This document shows positions 30,126-41,900 of a stretch of 64,000 bases of DNA, piece after piece (position 1 is the first letter of the stretch; each line of letters opens with the position of its first letter). The stretch is from a virus (lineage: Duplodnaviria > Caudoviricetes), in the IMG/VR virus record IMGVR_UViG_3300025016_000004; one strand, given 5' to 3'. The notes under the pieces are model-generated. The model worked only from the letters and a program-made list of their open reading frames with translations. It did no database searches and was not told the origin of the DNA. Both the position numbers and the translations under genes were made by a program.

Positions 30126-30153
30126 AAAAAAACCCACTTAAAGTGGGTTTTTT
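30126..30153. terminator. Intrinsic terminator
   Basis: AAAAAAACCCACTT-A-AAGTGGGTTTTTT. Confidence 0.8.
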
Positions 30154-30156
30154 ATA

Positions 30157-30750
30157 TTATTTAGTTGATTTTGGTGTAACTTTTATCTTACCTTCTTTGA
30201 TAAGAGTGGTAATAGTCCTTTTAATTGTAGTTTCAGTTAAATTTTTGGTAAAGGTAGTAGCCATAAAATCTAATAATTTATCTTGAATCTTTTTATCTAA
30301 CTCAGCTTCAGTCATTGTAATTAACATTTGACCTTTTGAATTTACGATTGTAGTTTCATTAATTTGAGAAACTTGAGTTTGTGTAGGTTGTACATATTGA
30401 GCTTGTGGTGCTATTTGTGGTCTAACTAATTTCTTAACATCATCTAAAGAAAATGTTGGCCCACCACCACTAGCCATTTCAAATTTAGGTATTGGGTTTT
30501 CTACCATAGCTCTTTTTATTGCTTCAGGCATTTTACTTTTTTCTAAATTTTGATATGTATTACTGATTTGTCTAGCTGGGTTTGTATGAGGTGTTGCGCC
30601 ATCTGGCAACGCTTCTAATAAATCAACATTACCCGTTAATGTTTCATTTATTATTGTATGGTCAACTTTAAAGTTCGTATTATTAACTTTATCCATTACA
30701 GCTTTGGCCCCACCAAGCATTGCTTCTAATCTTTCTTTACTTACGTCCAT
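30157..30750 (-). CDS. Hypothetical protein
   Basis: 197-aa ORF with Gln/Pro-rich linker. Confidence 0.75.
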   Translation of the reverse strand: MDVSKERLEAMLGGAKAVMDKVNNTNFKVDHTIINETLTGNVDLLEALPDGATPHTNPARQISNTYQNLEKSKMPEAIKRAMVENPIPKFEMASGGGPTFSLDDVKKLVRPQIAPQAQYVQPTQTQVSQINETTIVNSKGQMLITMTEAELDKKIQDKLLDFMATTFTKNLTETTIKRTITTLIKEGKIKVTPKSTK

Positions 30751-30753
30751 TTT

Positions 30754-31419
30754 TTAATTCTTTATATTTTCTATTTCCTCTTGGTCAGTATCTTGGTTAT
30801 TAACTTGGTTATTAACTTGGTTACTAACTCGGTTACCTTTTTCATCCGCTACTTTATCGCTATATAAATTACTATATTGGTAATCTTTAGCTGTTGGATA
30901 ATTAGGTTGAGGCTTTTCTTCATTATCAGCTCTATTTCTAACTAGTGGCTCATTAGTTTTTTTAGTATCTAAATTACTTTGCCAGTTAGCATGTCTTTGT
31001 CTATATTTATCTAAATTTTTATCACTAAATATAGCCATATTAGCCATACCATCATTATTTGGTATGTTAAGTGTTTTATCACCTAAAGCGTTATATAACT
31101 CATCAGGTGGTGCATAAAACGTAAAGTTAGTGGGGGTTATTGTCATTTTATTAGTTAAAAATGTTTTCCAACGAATTATTTTACCGTTTTTATCCCTTTT
31201 TAAATTTGGCCCAGATATTTGATAAACCCTAACTGCGTTATTACCTTTAGATGTTTTACCCATTGCCAAAATTTGACAATACCTAGGCCCACTATTACTA
31301 TCTATACTGTTATCTTCATAACTAATATTAACCGCACGATTGTTATTTATTACATCTTGGATGGTTTTTATATCAGTTCCTTCTAATATAACCTCTTTAT
31401 ATAAATTGTAAAGCTTCAT
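30754..31419 (-). CDS. Hypothetical protein (possible WYL-like fold)
   Basis: VNISYE...RYCQILAMGKTSKGNNAVRVYQ...W. Confidence 0.55.
   Translation of the reverse strand: MKLYNLYKEVILEGTDIKTIQDVINNNRAVNISYEDNSIDSNSGPRYCQILAMGKTSKGNNAVRVYQISGPNLKRDKNGKIIRWKTFLTNKMTITPTNFTFYAPPDELYNALGDKTLNIPNNDGMANMAIFSDKNLDKYRQRHANWQSNLDTKKTNEPLVRNRADNEEKPQPNYPTAKDYQYSNLYSDKVADEKGNRVSNQVNNQVNNQDTDQEEIENIKN
30793..30836. repeat. 12-bp tandem repeat (about 3.7 copies) encoding NQVN
   Basis: ttggttattaac x2, ttggttactaac, tcggttac. Confidence 0.85.
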
Positions 31420-31427
31420 TTAAAAAT

Positions 31428-31754
31428 TTATTCAATAGTTACTTGCCCTACGTTACCAGTTGTATCTGGATGCTTGTAAGTGTTATCACTATTAAATTGA
31501 TTAATAATAGTGTTACCAATCCTACCAGACCCCGCAGCACTAGGTACTCCATAGATATCATAATACCCACCACCATTAGCACTGTCAAATTGTACGCCAG
31601 TACCTTTACCATGAATTGGTGTAATATCATCACTCTTAGCTCTAGTATGTATAGCTGAGTAATTGTGACTAATGTCGAAATTATTAAACGTGTTGTTTGT
31701 TAATAATTGTTGTCTTGCTGCAATTGCAGCTTCTTCTAATTTGTTAGATGCCAT
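31428..31754 (-). CDS. Hypothetical protein (possible virion)
   Basis: 108-aa Gly/Asn-rich ORF in operon. Confidence 0.7.
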   Translation of the reverse strand: MASNKLEEAAIAARQQLLTNNTFNNFDISHNYSAIHTRAKSDDITPIHGKGTGVQFDSANGGGYYDIYGVPSAAGSGRIGNTIINQFNSDNTYKHPDTTGNVGQVTIE

Positions 31755-31767
31755 AATTAATTGTTTT

Positions 31768-32307
31768 TTATTTTCTATTCATATACTCTATTAAATATTT
31801 AATAGATTCTATTTCTTTATTATAAGCTTCAGTTTTCCTGTCACTTGATTTATATATTTCATCACCTCTTAATATCTTATCTGATACTTTACCTTTGGTG
31901 ATATCAATCATTCCACTATCTGGATTCGTTGGGTTTGCGTTATCGTTATCCTTTTCATGTGTTCGAATGAATTGGTTTTCTAACCCAGCATCCATTTTAG
32001 CCTTCTTAGATTGTTTGATACTATCTCTATTTGAACCTAATGTTTTATCAACCCATAACCTAGTTATTTTACCACCAATAAGTTTATACTCACTATCTGA
32101 ACCATCACCTTCATAACTATCAAAGTAGTTTTTTAATCTTTTCATTTGAGCATAAGAAACTTTTCTATCTGATACAATATCTTTAGCTCTTTTAACCCCC
32201 TTAGCATGGTCATCATTTGTAATAACCATTTTAAGAGCTTGATTAACTTTATTAAAGACTTTATCAGGTACGTTAAAGTACTTATCTTGTAAACTACTAT
32301 TAGGCAT
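31768..32307 (-). CDS. Hypothetical protein
   Basis: 179-aa ORF overlapping the upstream gene. Confidence 0.75.
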   Translation of the reverse strand: MPNSSLQDKYFNVPDKVFNKVNQALKMVITNDDHAKGVKRAKDIVSDRKVSYAQMKRLKNYFDSYEGDGSDSEYKLIGGKITRLWVDKTLGSNRDSIKQSKKAKMDAGLENQFIRTHEKDNDNANPTNPDSGMIDITKGKVSDKILRGDEIYKSSDRKTEAYNKEIESIKYLIEYMNRK

Positions 32308-33013
32308 TCGGTTTTAATTTATTTATTATAGAGTTTATTATCATATCTATTGTTTCAGGTTTATCACTTAACCCATTCATATTAATACTATTAACTAAAT
32401 TATTAATACCACGGTCAACACTAGCTGGTAATTCTTTACCATCAATTATTGCGTTATCATTATAATCAGAATCTAATCCTTCTAATAATGATATAGCTTT
32501 TTCTTTAGCTAATCTATCAAATTCTTCAGCGGTAACACCCATAACACGAGGGCCAACACTATTCACATTATATAAATATCTGTTAGGTTGAATTGCTACT
32601 GTATTGAATTCATCTGATGTTGCTTGTGGTGCTGTTTTTATTTCAGTATTATTAACATTCTTTTCATCACCAGAAATGGGGGCTCCAAGTGCATTTACAA
32701 ATTCATCTAAATTACCTTCTTCAACACCACCATTAAGTTCTGGGCGACTATAAAGTTTTGGGTAATTTATTTTAATGAATTCCTCAACTTGATTTGGGAT
32801 ATTTGATAACACATCCATTTCTGGATACATAGCGTCATATATCTTCATAACAACATTTTCACCTTGAATAGGATTTAACTTTTTTAATATTGGACTTAAA
32901 AATTCTTCAATCGCTTCTTGATAATCATCACCCAATCTTTCAGAATTATCATACCCACCTTCTTTAAGGTTTACCTTATAGTTTTTGATATCTTTTTTCT
33001 TTAAAGTTTGCAT
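32300..33013 (-). CDS. Hypothetical protein
   Basis: 237-aa ORF preceded by TATTTAT at 33028-33034. Confidence 0.75.
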   Translation of the reverse strand: MQTLKKKDIKNYKVNLKEGGYDNSERLGDDYQEAIEEFLSPILKKLNPIQGENVVMKIYDAMYPEMDVLSNIPNQVEEFIKINYPKLYSRPELNGGVEEGNLDEFVNALGAPISGDEKNVNNTEIKTAPQATSDEFNTVAIQPNRYLYNVNSVGPRVMGVTAEEFDRLAKEKAISLLEGLDSDYNDNAIIDGKELPASVDRGINNLVNSINMNGLSDKPETIDMIINSIINKLKPNA

Positions 33014-33073
33014 ATATTCATTTTTATATAAATATAACCGAAAAGGTTAATATTTATATACAAACGTATATTT

Positions 33074-36000
33074 ATGTCTTTTGTAACCAAATTAGATTAC
33101 TCAGATAATAGACAAATAAAGCAATTCCAATTAACGAATACTAAACTTTCTGGAACAACAGAGTTCGGTCTTGATGTTAATGATTTGGGTGGTGTCAATG
33201 AATCAACAGTTTATCAAACTGGAACTTTAGTTAATATTACTTCGACTTTCTCAGGAAATTCAAGTACAACTATTTTTTGGTTTGGCGACTCTAGTATGAT
33301 TCCCGCAGCATCAAGTTTATATGCTATTACTAACTTAACATCAGGTGATACCCAAACTGCAAGAGGTTTTGAGGGTGTTGGTCCTACTATTGTCGATGGT
33401 AATAATATCTATAGTGGTTATACAGGTTCTACTTATGACCTTATAGTTACAGCGATAACTGAAACAGGTGTTAATGAATGGACTGGTGAAACTTATTCAA
33501 GTAATGTTGCTATTTTAAGTGGTGCTTCAGCTGATTTTACTGGTAGAGCTATATGGGTTGACGTTTTAGGTGTTACTAGGACCAAACGTTTAATTTTAGC
33601 CGATAAACCAGATTCTTTAACTGGTGTTACAACTGTATTAACTAGAGATGAATTTGGCGATATTTATGAAGTTGAATTCAGTGCTGTAACAAATGATAAT
33701 TATATTTCTGGTGCAACTTTTAGCGCATCAACTGGTGATTTACTCTTAATAAATACATCAGGTGAAACCATAACAACTAATCTTGATGGTAGATATCTAC
33801 CGTTATCTGCAACAACTGGTGATGACTATGTAACTGGAAGTACTTATGATTCATCTACTGGGTTAATTACATTTGAAAGACTTTCAGGTGGTACATTTAC
33901 TGCTAATATTGGTATTACTTCAGGTGATACAACTAATTGGGATTCAGCTTATAACAATATAATAACTGGTGTTACTGTAACTGGAACTAGTAATAAAACA
34001 TTAACTCTTACGCAAAGAAATGGTGTTACTATAACAACCTCTTTTGTTGATTTAACTGGTGGTGGAGCTGGTGAGACTATTACTGGTATAACGTTTAATA
34101 CAACTAACGGTGATTTAATCCTTACAACTAATTCAGGTAGTACAATCCCAACCAATTTAGATGGTAGATACTCATTAACTGGACACACCCACGATTTTAG
34201 TGGTTTAACAAACACAGGTCATACTCATGTTATTAGTGAAATAACTGATTTCCCAACCAACGTTTCATTTTTCACAAATGATGTTGGTTATTTAACGGCT
34301 TATACAAATACGGATAATTATTTAACAACCCATACCTTTAACACAAGTACTGGATTATTTGAATCCACATTACAATCTGGTGGTACTGTTTCAGTTAACC
34401 TTGATGGTAGATACGCATTTAGTTCAGGTCATACACATACGGTATCTGATATCACCGATTTTCCAACTGATTTATCAGCATTCACAAATAGTGTTGGTTA
34501 CATAACTGGATTCACTGATACGAATGATAATGATTATGTATCATCTGCTGGATTTGATATTGGTACTGGCGTATTAACTTTAACTAGATTATCTGGTGGA
34601 ACTGTAACAGTTGATTTGGATGATAGGTATTCATTAAGTGGTCATACACACCCTCAATATTTAACTGGTTATACAGATAATAATGATTATATTACATCTG
34701 GTTCATTCAACCCAGCAAATGGTGAAGTAACCCTTACAAGAGTTTCAGGTGGGACAGTAGTATACAATTTAGATGGTAGATATAGTCTTACTGGCCATAC
34801 TCATACTGTATCTGAAATAACTGATTTTCCAAGTGTTGTCTCATACTTCACAAATGATGTTGGGTATTTAACGGCCTATACGGATACAAATATATTCGTT
34901 AGTGGTGGAACTTTTAATTCTGAAATATTAGAATTCACAAATACATCAGGTGGCACATTTAATATAGATTTAAGCAACACATATACATTAACAGGGCATA
35001 CTCATACTGTTAGTAATATTACCGATTTTCCAACAAATATTTCATACTTCACCAATGACGTAGGTTATATCACAGGATTCACAGACACAAATGATTATGT
35101 AACTAGTGGGGTATTTGATATTTCAACTGGTAATTTAACATTAACAAGAGTTTCAGGTGGAACTGTTGTAACAAATTTAGATAATAGGTATTCATTAACT
35201 GGTCATACACATGTTGGTCTTTCTGATGATTATGTGTCATCCGCTGGATTTGATATTAGTACTGGGGTATTAACCCTAACTAGAATAAGTGGTGGAACAG
35301 TTACGGTTGATTTGGACGATAGATATTCATTAAGTGGACACACACACACTGTATCTGAAATAACAGATTTTCCAATTGTTATCAGCTATTTCACAAATGA
35401 TGTTGGGTATTTAACTGCATATACAGATACAAATATATTTGTATCAGGTGGTACATTCAGTTCTGAATTATTAGAATTCACCAACACTTCAGGTGGAACA
35501 TTCAATATAGATTTAAGTAATACGTATGCGTTAACAGGCCATACTCATACGATTAGTGATATAACTGATTATGTGGTGGTTGATGATTATGTTACTACAG
35601 CTTCATTAAATCAATCGACTGGTGATTTGACGTTAACAAGACTTTCAGGTGATACTGTTGTTACTAATTTAGGGTTTACTTCAGGTGATACAACCAACTG
35701 GAACTCAGCTTATAACGACATAATAACTGGTGCTACTTTCACTGGACTTGCAACTAAAACATTAACTCTTACACAAAGGGACGGTAATACAATAACAGCT
35801 AATTTCACAGATAATAGTGGTGGTGGAGCTGGTGAGACTATTACTGGTGCAACATTTGATACGTCAACTGGTGATTTAGATTTAAATAGTAATTCAGGTA
35901 ATACTATTACAACTAATTTAGATGGTAGATATTCATTAACTGGTCATACTCACGTTGTTGCAGACATAACAGATTTCCCAACTGATTTAAGTGGATTTAC

Positions 36001-38926
36001 TAACGGACCAGGTTACATAACTGGATTTACTGATACAAACGATAATATATTTGTAAGCGGAGCCACATTCAATACGGGTGATGGTGTGTTAGAATTTACC
36101 AATACTTCAGGTGGAACCTTTAATATCGATTTAGATGGAAGGTATTTAACTGGATATACAGATAATGATGATTACGTAACTAGTGCTACGTTTAATGCTG
36201 GGACTGGTGATTTAACTCTTTCAACGTTAAGTGGAAATACAATAATTGAAAATCTTGATGGTAGATACCTAACTGGGTATACTGAAACTGGGAATACTGA
36301 TGATTATGTAACAAGTGGTTCTTTCAACACAACTAACGGTGAAGTAACCCTTACTAGAGTAAGCGGTGGAACTGTTGTATATGATTTAGATGGGAGGTAT
36401 TCATTAACAGGGCATACTCATGATTTTAGTACTTTAACTAATACAGGTCATACGCATGATTTTAGCGAAATAACCAATACAGGTCATACTCATACGGTAT
36501 CTGAAATAACAGATTTTCCAACTGATTTAAGTGCATTTACAAATAGTGTTGGTTATATAACTGGATTCACAGATACAAATGATTATTTAACTACACATAC
36601 ATTTAACACTTCAACTGGATTATTTGAGTCTACATTGCAAAGTGGTGGAACGGTATCTGTTAACCTTGATGGTAGATATTTACCAATCTCAGCATATACA
36701 GATAACGATACAAATATCTTTGTAAGTGGTGGTACTTTTAACTCTGAAATATTAGAATTCACAAATACAAGTGGTGGAACATTCAACATAGATTTAAGCA
36801 ACACTTATTCATTAACTGGTCACACTCATACAATTAGTGATATTACTGATTATGTAGTAGTTGACGATTATGTAAATTCAGCTGGGTTTGATATTGGTAC
36901 TGGTGTATTAACTTTAACTAGATTATCTGGTGGAACCGTAACAGTTGATTTAGATGATAGGTATTCATTAAGTGGTCATACCCATGACTTTAGTGAGTTA
37001 ACAAATACAGGTCATACTCATACGGTAAGTGAAATAACTGATTTCCCAATAAATGTATCATATTTCACAAATGATGTCGGTTATTTAACGGCTTATACGG
37101 ATACAAATATCTTTGTATCAGGCGCAACATTCAATACTGGAAATGGAATTATTGAATTTACAAACACAAGTGGTGGAACATTTAATGTTGATATTGATAA
37201 TAGATACTTATTATCTTCAGATTATAATCCAACGGATGATTATGTAACTTCTGGGTCATTTAACACAACAAATGGTGTCTTAACTCTTACTAGATTAAGT
37301 GGTGGAACTGTTACAACAAATTTAGATAATCGTTATTCATTAACTGGGCATACCCATGACCTTTCTGGACTAACCAATACTGGTCATACCCATACGGTTT
37401 CTGAAGTAACAGATTTTCCAACTAATGTAAGTTTTTTCACTAATGATGTTGGTTATTTAACTGGTTATACTGAAACTGGAAATACGGATGATTATGTAAC
37501 TGGTGGTACATTTAACGTAACAAACGGTAATTTAACACTTACAAGAGTTTCAGGTGGTACCGTTAATGTAGACCTTGATGGTAGATATCTACTAATAACG
37601 GGATTTACTGCACCTACTGGTCTTGAAGCTATTGATGAAGGGAATGGAATTGGTTGGAGATTAATTAGTAGAAATTCGAGTAACTTTGGTGATATAGGAT
37701 TAGATGCTGTAGATTTTAGTAGAAGTACTTCAACATCTACAACTAGAGGGGCTGTTGGTGATTTTAGTTTTGCGGCTGGAGAAAATAATATAGTATTATC
37801 TGATAGAGGTACTGTTTTTGGTTCTGATAATACACTTGATTTAGCTGCATCTAGAGGGTTTGTTTGTGGTTATCAAAATACAGCTAACAATCAATACACC
37901 TTTGTCGCAAATAGAAAAAATTTAGCTTCTGGGAATGCATCATCAGCATTTGGTTTTAGTACTGTAGCTAGTGGTGAAGAATCATTTGCAATTGGTGATG
38001 ACTCTATAGCGGCTGGTACTACTTCATTTTGTGCTGGTGATGGTGGTACAGCTAATGGGGCTTATTCATCAACTTTAGGTGGTCAACTTAATAATTCTAA
38101 CGGTGATAGTTCAGCTTGTTTAGGCGTTGATAATGATGCTTATTCTTATGGTGAATTCTCAATAGGTATTGCATCTACAGTATATATACCAACTAGTACT
38201 ATTGCTTGGGCGGCTACTGATAGGGTTTTTAATGTTGGTAATGGGGTTGCTTTTGGTGTTAAAAGTGACGCTTTTACTATTTTAAAAAATGGTACTATAA
38301 CAGCACCTAGCTTAAGTAATGATATTATACTAACTGGTGATTCTAAAATAATAATAACTAAAGATTATCTAAATACCTATTATTCACCGACTTCAGGTAT
38401 TACAAATAATAATGATTACGTTACTTCAGGTTCATTTAATCCAGCAAATGGTGAAGTAACACTTACAAGACTTTCAGGTGGTACCGTTGTTTATGATTTA
38501 GATGGTAGATATAGTTTAACTGGTCATACTCACCCAGAATTTGATAATTATTTATTCTTATCTGGCGGTACTTTAACAGGGCCTGTTACTGGTACGACTT
38601 TCAACGTATCTGACGCATTATTAGATTATCAAGAAAATCTTGATGTTCTTTCTGCGGCAACTGAAGTTGTGGCTACAGTTTCTAAATTGACTTATGACGC
38701 TGTATTCTTTGATTATGTTGTTAAAAAAGATAGTAATTTAAGGGCTGGTATTGTTATGGCTGTACATGATGGCACTTCAGTAACTTATACAGATACTTCA
38801 ACAGCTGATTTAGGTGATACTTCAGGCGTGGTATTTACAGTTAATATTTCAGGTAACGATTTAAGATTAGTAGCTAGTGTAACTACAGATAATTGGATAA
38901 TTAAAACACTATTAAGAGGAATTTAA
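33074..38926 (+). CDS. Large repeat-rich virion fibre protein with His-x-His motifs and a YadA-head-like segment
   Basis: Repeated DDYVxSGxFxxxxGxLTLTRxSGGTVxxxLDGRYSLTGHTH modules; SAFGFSTVASGEESFAIG beta-roll-like repeats. Confidence 0.8.
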   Translation: MSFVTKLDYSDNRQIKQFQLTNTKLSGTTEFGLDVNDLGGVNESTVYQTGTLVNITSTFSGNSSTTIFWFGDSSMIPAASSLYAITNLTSGDTQTARGFEGVGPTIVDGNNIYSGYTGSTYDLIVTAITETGVNEWTGETYSSNVAILSGASADFTGRAIWVDVLGVTRTKRLILADKPDSLTGVTTVLTRDEFGDIYEVEFSAVTNDNYISGATFSASTGDLLLINTSGETITTNLDGRYLPLSATTGDDYVTGSTYDSSTGLITFERLSGGTFTANIGITSGDTTNWDSAYNNIITGVTVTGTSNKTLTLTQRNGVTITTSFVDLTGGGAGETITGITFNTTNGDLILTTNSGSTIPTNLDGRYSLTGHTHDFSGLTNTGHTHVISEITDFPTNVSFFTNDVGYLTAYTNTDNYLTTHTFNTSTGLFESTLQSGGTVSVNLDGRYAFSSGHTHTVSDITDFPTDLSAFTNSVGYITGFTDTNDNDYVSSAGFDIGTGVLTLTRLSGGTVTVDLDDRYSLSGHTHPQYLTGYTDNNDYITSGSFNPANGEVTLTRVSGGTVVYNLDGRYSLTGHTHTVSEITDFPSVVSYFTNDVGYLTAYTDTNIFVSGGTFNSEILEFTNTSGGTFNIDLSNTYTLTGHTHTVSNITDFPTNISYFTNDVGYITGFTDTNDYVTSGVFDISTGNLTLTRVSGGTVVTNLDNRYSLTGHTHVGLSDDYVSSAGFDISTGVLTLTRISGGTVTVDLDDRYSLSGHTHTVSEITDFPIVISYFTNDVGYLTAYTDTNIFVSGGTFSSELLEFTNTSGGTFNIDLSNTYALTGHTHTISDITDYVVVDDYVTTASLNQSTGDLTLTRLSGDTVVTNLGFTSGDTTNWNSAYNDIITGATFTGLATKTLTLTQRDGNTITANFTDNSGGGAGETITGATFDTSTGDLDLNSNSGNTITTNLDGRYSLTGHTHVVADITDFPTDLSGFTNGPGYITGFTDTNDNIFVSGATFNTGDGVLEFTNTSGGTFNIDLDGRYLTGYTDNDDYVTSATFNAGTGDLTLSTLSGNTIIENLDGRYLTGYTETGNTDDYVTSGSFNTTNGEVTLTRVSGGTVVYDLDGRYSLTGHTHDFSTLTNTGHTHDFSEITNTGHTHTVSEITDFPTDLSAFTNSVGYITGFTDTNDYLTTHTFNTSTGLFESTLQSGGTVSVNLDGRYLPISAYTDNDTNIFVSGGTFNSEILEFTNTSGGTFNIDLSNTYSLTGHTHTISDITDYVVVDDYVNSAGFDIGTGVLTLTRLSGGTVTVDLDDRYSLSGHTHDFSELTNTGHTHTVSEITDFPINVSYFTNDVGYLTAYTDTNIFVSGATFNTGNGIIEFTNTSGGTFNVDIDNRYLLSSDYNPTDDYVTSGSFNTTNGVLTLTRLSGGTVTTNLDNRYSLTGHTHDLSGLTNTGHTHTVSEVTDFPTNVSFFTNDVGYLTGYTETGNTDDYVTGGTFNVTNGNLTLTRVSGGTVNVDLDGRYLLITGFTAPTGLEAIDEGNGIGWRLISRNSSNFGDIGLDAVDFSRSTSTSTTRGAVGDFSFAAGENNIVLSDRGTVFGSDNTLDLAASRGFVCGYQNTANNQYTFVANRKNLASGNASSAFGFSTVASGEESFAIGDDSIAAGTTSFCAGDGGTANGAYSSTLGGQLNNSNGDSSACLGVDNDAYSYGEFSIGIASTVYIPTSTIAWAATDRVFNVGNGVAFGVKSDAFTILKNGTITAPSLSNDIILTGDSKIIITKDYLNTYYSPTSGITNNNDYVTSGSFNPANGEVTLTRLSGGTVVYDLDGRYSLTGHTHPEFDNYLFLSGGTLTGPVTGTTFNVSDALLDYQENLDVLSAATEVVATVSKLTYDAVFFDYVVKKDSNLRAGIVMAVHDGTSVTYTDTSTADLGDTSGVVFTVNISGNDLRLVASVTTDNWIIKTLLRGI

Positions 38927-38984
38927 ATATTATTTGAGATATTTATTAGTAATACCTTTGGATAGTTGGAAGAAGGATTAAACT

Positions 38985-41900
38985 ATGGCAAACGAATTTA
39001 TTATACGTAACGGATTTATTTCTAAATCTGGTTCTACGGTACAGAATTTTTTAAACGTTAGTGGAAACACTACATCAGCCGCATTTGTAACAATTGGTGG
39101 AACAGAATTACAATTTGTAAAAGGTGATGGTACATTAGATTCAAATACATATTTAACGGGGGTAACTGATGCTAACATATCATTTAGTGGCACACCTAAC
39201 TACGTGCCAGTATTTGATGCTTCAAGTAATTTAACCGATTCACCAATTTATATTAGTGGGGGAAGTAGCAACGTTGGTATAGGCACTACAGGTCCAACTG
39301 AAAAATTACATGTATCTGGAAATACATTAATGACTGGTAAAGTAGCTGCTTCTGGTGCAACATTAACTGGTTTATCAAATCAAGGTTCTGAAGCTACCGC
39401 TTTAGTGATTGATAGTTCTGGAATTGTTGGGACAAGGGAGTTAGGTAGTGGTGCGTTTGTTTCTAGTGGTAGTTACTTATTAGATACAACAGATACATTT
39501 ACAGGTGTTTTAACCATAAATGGAGAAATAATCTCAACTGGTAATATCTATTCACAAACCAACTTACTTTTAGATTCCAACAAACGTATAGTTTTTGATA
39601 CTGATTTTGACGGATTTTCTTTTATCGAAAATGATTTTACAAATACATATTCTCACGGTATAAACGCTATGATTCACGGAGGGTATCCAACAGGACATCA
39701 TTTTATTGATGGAGAGGATAGTACTTATACCCCAGTTTATGCTAGTAACTTCACAGCAACTGGTACACTACAAGGTACAAGATTAATATCTACACAAACA
39801 ACAGGTACTGCACCATTTACAGTTGCTAGTACAACAGTAGTACCTAATCTTAATGCCGATTTGTTAGATGGTGTACAAGGTTCTAGTTTTTTAAGAAGTG
39901 ATGTGGCTGATACGAAAACATCAGGAAATTTAATATTCAATAATGATATTAGGCTTCAATTTGGTAATACTCCAAATGTTGATTTAAGAAGTTTTTCTGG
40001 GGGGGATTTTGGTATTACTACTTATATTAGTACAGGAGACCCTAATATAGTATTTAAAAGGGATGCATCAATCCAGTTTACATTTAATATGCCATCTGGT
40101 AACTTCATAGCAACTGGTGAAATAAGAAATTTAGCAAATAAATTTTATATTGGAAATAGTGATACAAGAACTATTATAAGAGACAATAATAGTGGAGCTA
40201 CTATCATATCTCAAAACCAAGTTGGGGGTGGAACTTTATTTTTCAGACCTAATAATGATGTTTCACCAGTTGGTCAAGCAACTCTTGAACCATCTGGTAA
40301 CTTCATAGCAACTGGAGCAATATTTTCAAAAAATTCGATGACTATTGATAATGGTTTAGCCGATGGAGGCTCATTATCATTACGTTCTCTTGGATATAAT
40401 AGTTGGGAATTTGATAACTTTTCTGGGGCTTTAAGAATGTTTCAAGGTGGAACTGTTAAACAGACAATATTAGAGAACGGTAATGTCGGTATTGGAACTA
40501 GTACACCTGATTATTTATTTGAAGTAGAAAACCCAAGCGGACCTGGTGCTTTTACAACTATAGCTAATTTTAAATCAGGAACAGATGCTGATAATACAGG
40601 AGCTCAGATTAATGTTGGTATGAATTCGAGGGGCTGGTTCGTGAGAGCTGGTCGCAATGTTGGGAATGTTGCAATATCAACTATGGGTCAAAGAGAATCT
40701 TACGGTTCTTTTGATTATATGACATTTAAAGGAGGTAATATAGGTATCGGTACTGCATCACCTAATGAACTTTTAGAAGTTGCTGGTAGTACTGGTGCTA
40801 CAATTAGAATAACAAGTACCAAAAATGGAACTTGGACAGTTGGTGAAGAATTAGGTGCGTTAGAGTTTTATGGTTCAGATACATCAGGAGCAGGAGCCAA
40901 TGTAAAAGCATCTATTAGAGTTTCTGACTTTAACACTTTTGGAGCAGCTCATAATATGACATTCTATACAAATGGTGGTACTACTGAAGCCGAAAGAATG
41001 AGAATTACTGCTACTGGAAACGTAAGTATTGGTAACACAAATGATACTTACAAACTAGATGTAAGTGGTACTTGTAGGTTTACAGGAGCATTAAGAGCAG
41101 AAGGTAATATACAATTAGCTAGTGATGCATCAACAATCGTCAATGGTAATAATGCTAGTATATTAAGAAATAACGGTTCTTCAACTATTATTTCATCACA
41201 GAATAACATTATGTATTTCAGACCAGTTGGTGATGCTAGTACTACGGGTCAAGCAACTCTTGATACAGCAGGTAATTTTATAACAACTGGAGCAATAACT
41301 TCAAAAAATTCGATGACTATTGATAATGGTTTAGCTGATGGAGGCTCATTATCATTATTTTCTCTTGGACATAATAGTTGGCAATTTGATAACTTTTCTG
41401 GGGCTTTAAGAATGTTTCAAGGTGGAACTGTTAAACAGACAATATTAGAGAACGGTAATGTAGGTATTGGTACAACAACACCTCAATCAAGAATACACGT
41501 ACAAAATAATTCTGACAATGCTAATATAGCGATGTTTAAAGGATTTTCAACAAATATCAATGACGTAACTACAATTAGCGTTAATAATGGGTTTTCAACA
41601 GAATATGGTAAGCAAGTTAAGATAGGGGCGGTTGCTGAATCAGCAAGTTCTAATGCAACTGGAATGGCTTTATTTACTTCACCTAATAGCAGCACAGCGT
41701 TAGAAAGAGTAAGAATTTCATCTGATGGTAACGTAGGTATTGGTACAACATCTCCAGCATACAAACTAGATGTAACTGGTACAGGTAGGTTTACTGGGGA
41801 TGTGACTGCCACAAATTTTGTGTTAAGCTCTGATAAAAGATTAAAAACAAAAATTAAAGATTTAGAAATTGAGCCTATTAATATTAATTGGAAACAATTT

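Noticed and set aside
33074-38926. CRISPR-like array in the repeat region
   Set aside because: The repeats are in-frame protein modules with synonymous variation and no unique spacers.
40272-41470. Diversity-generating retroelement TR/VR pair
   Set aside because: Both copies are internal and coding, mismatches are not adenine-specific (C/T, G/C, CG/TT), and there is no reverse transcriptase in the window.
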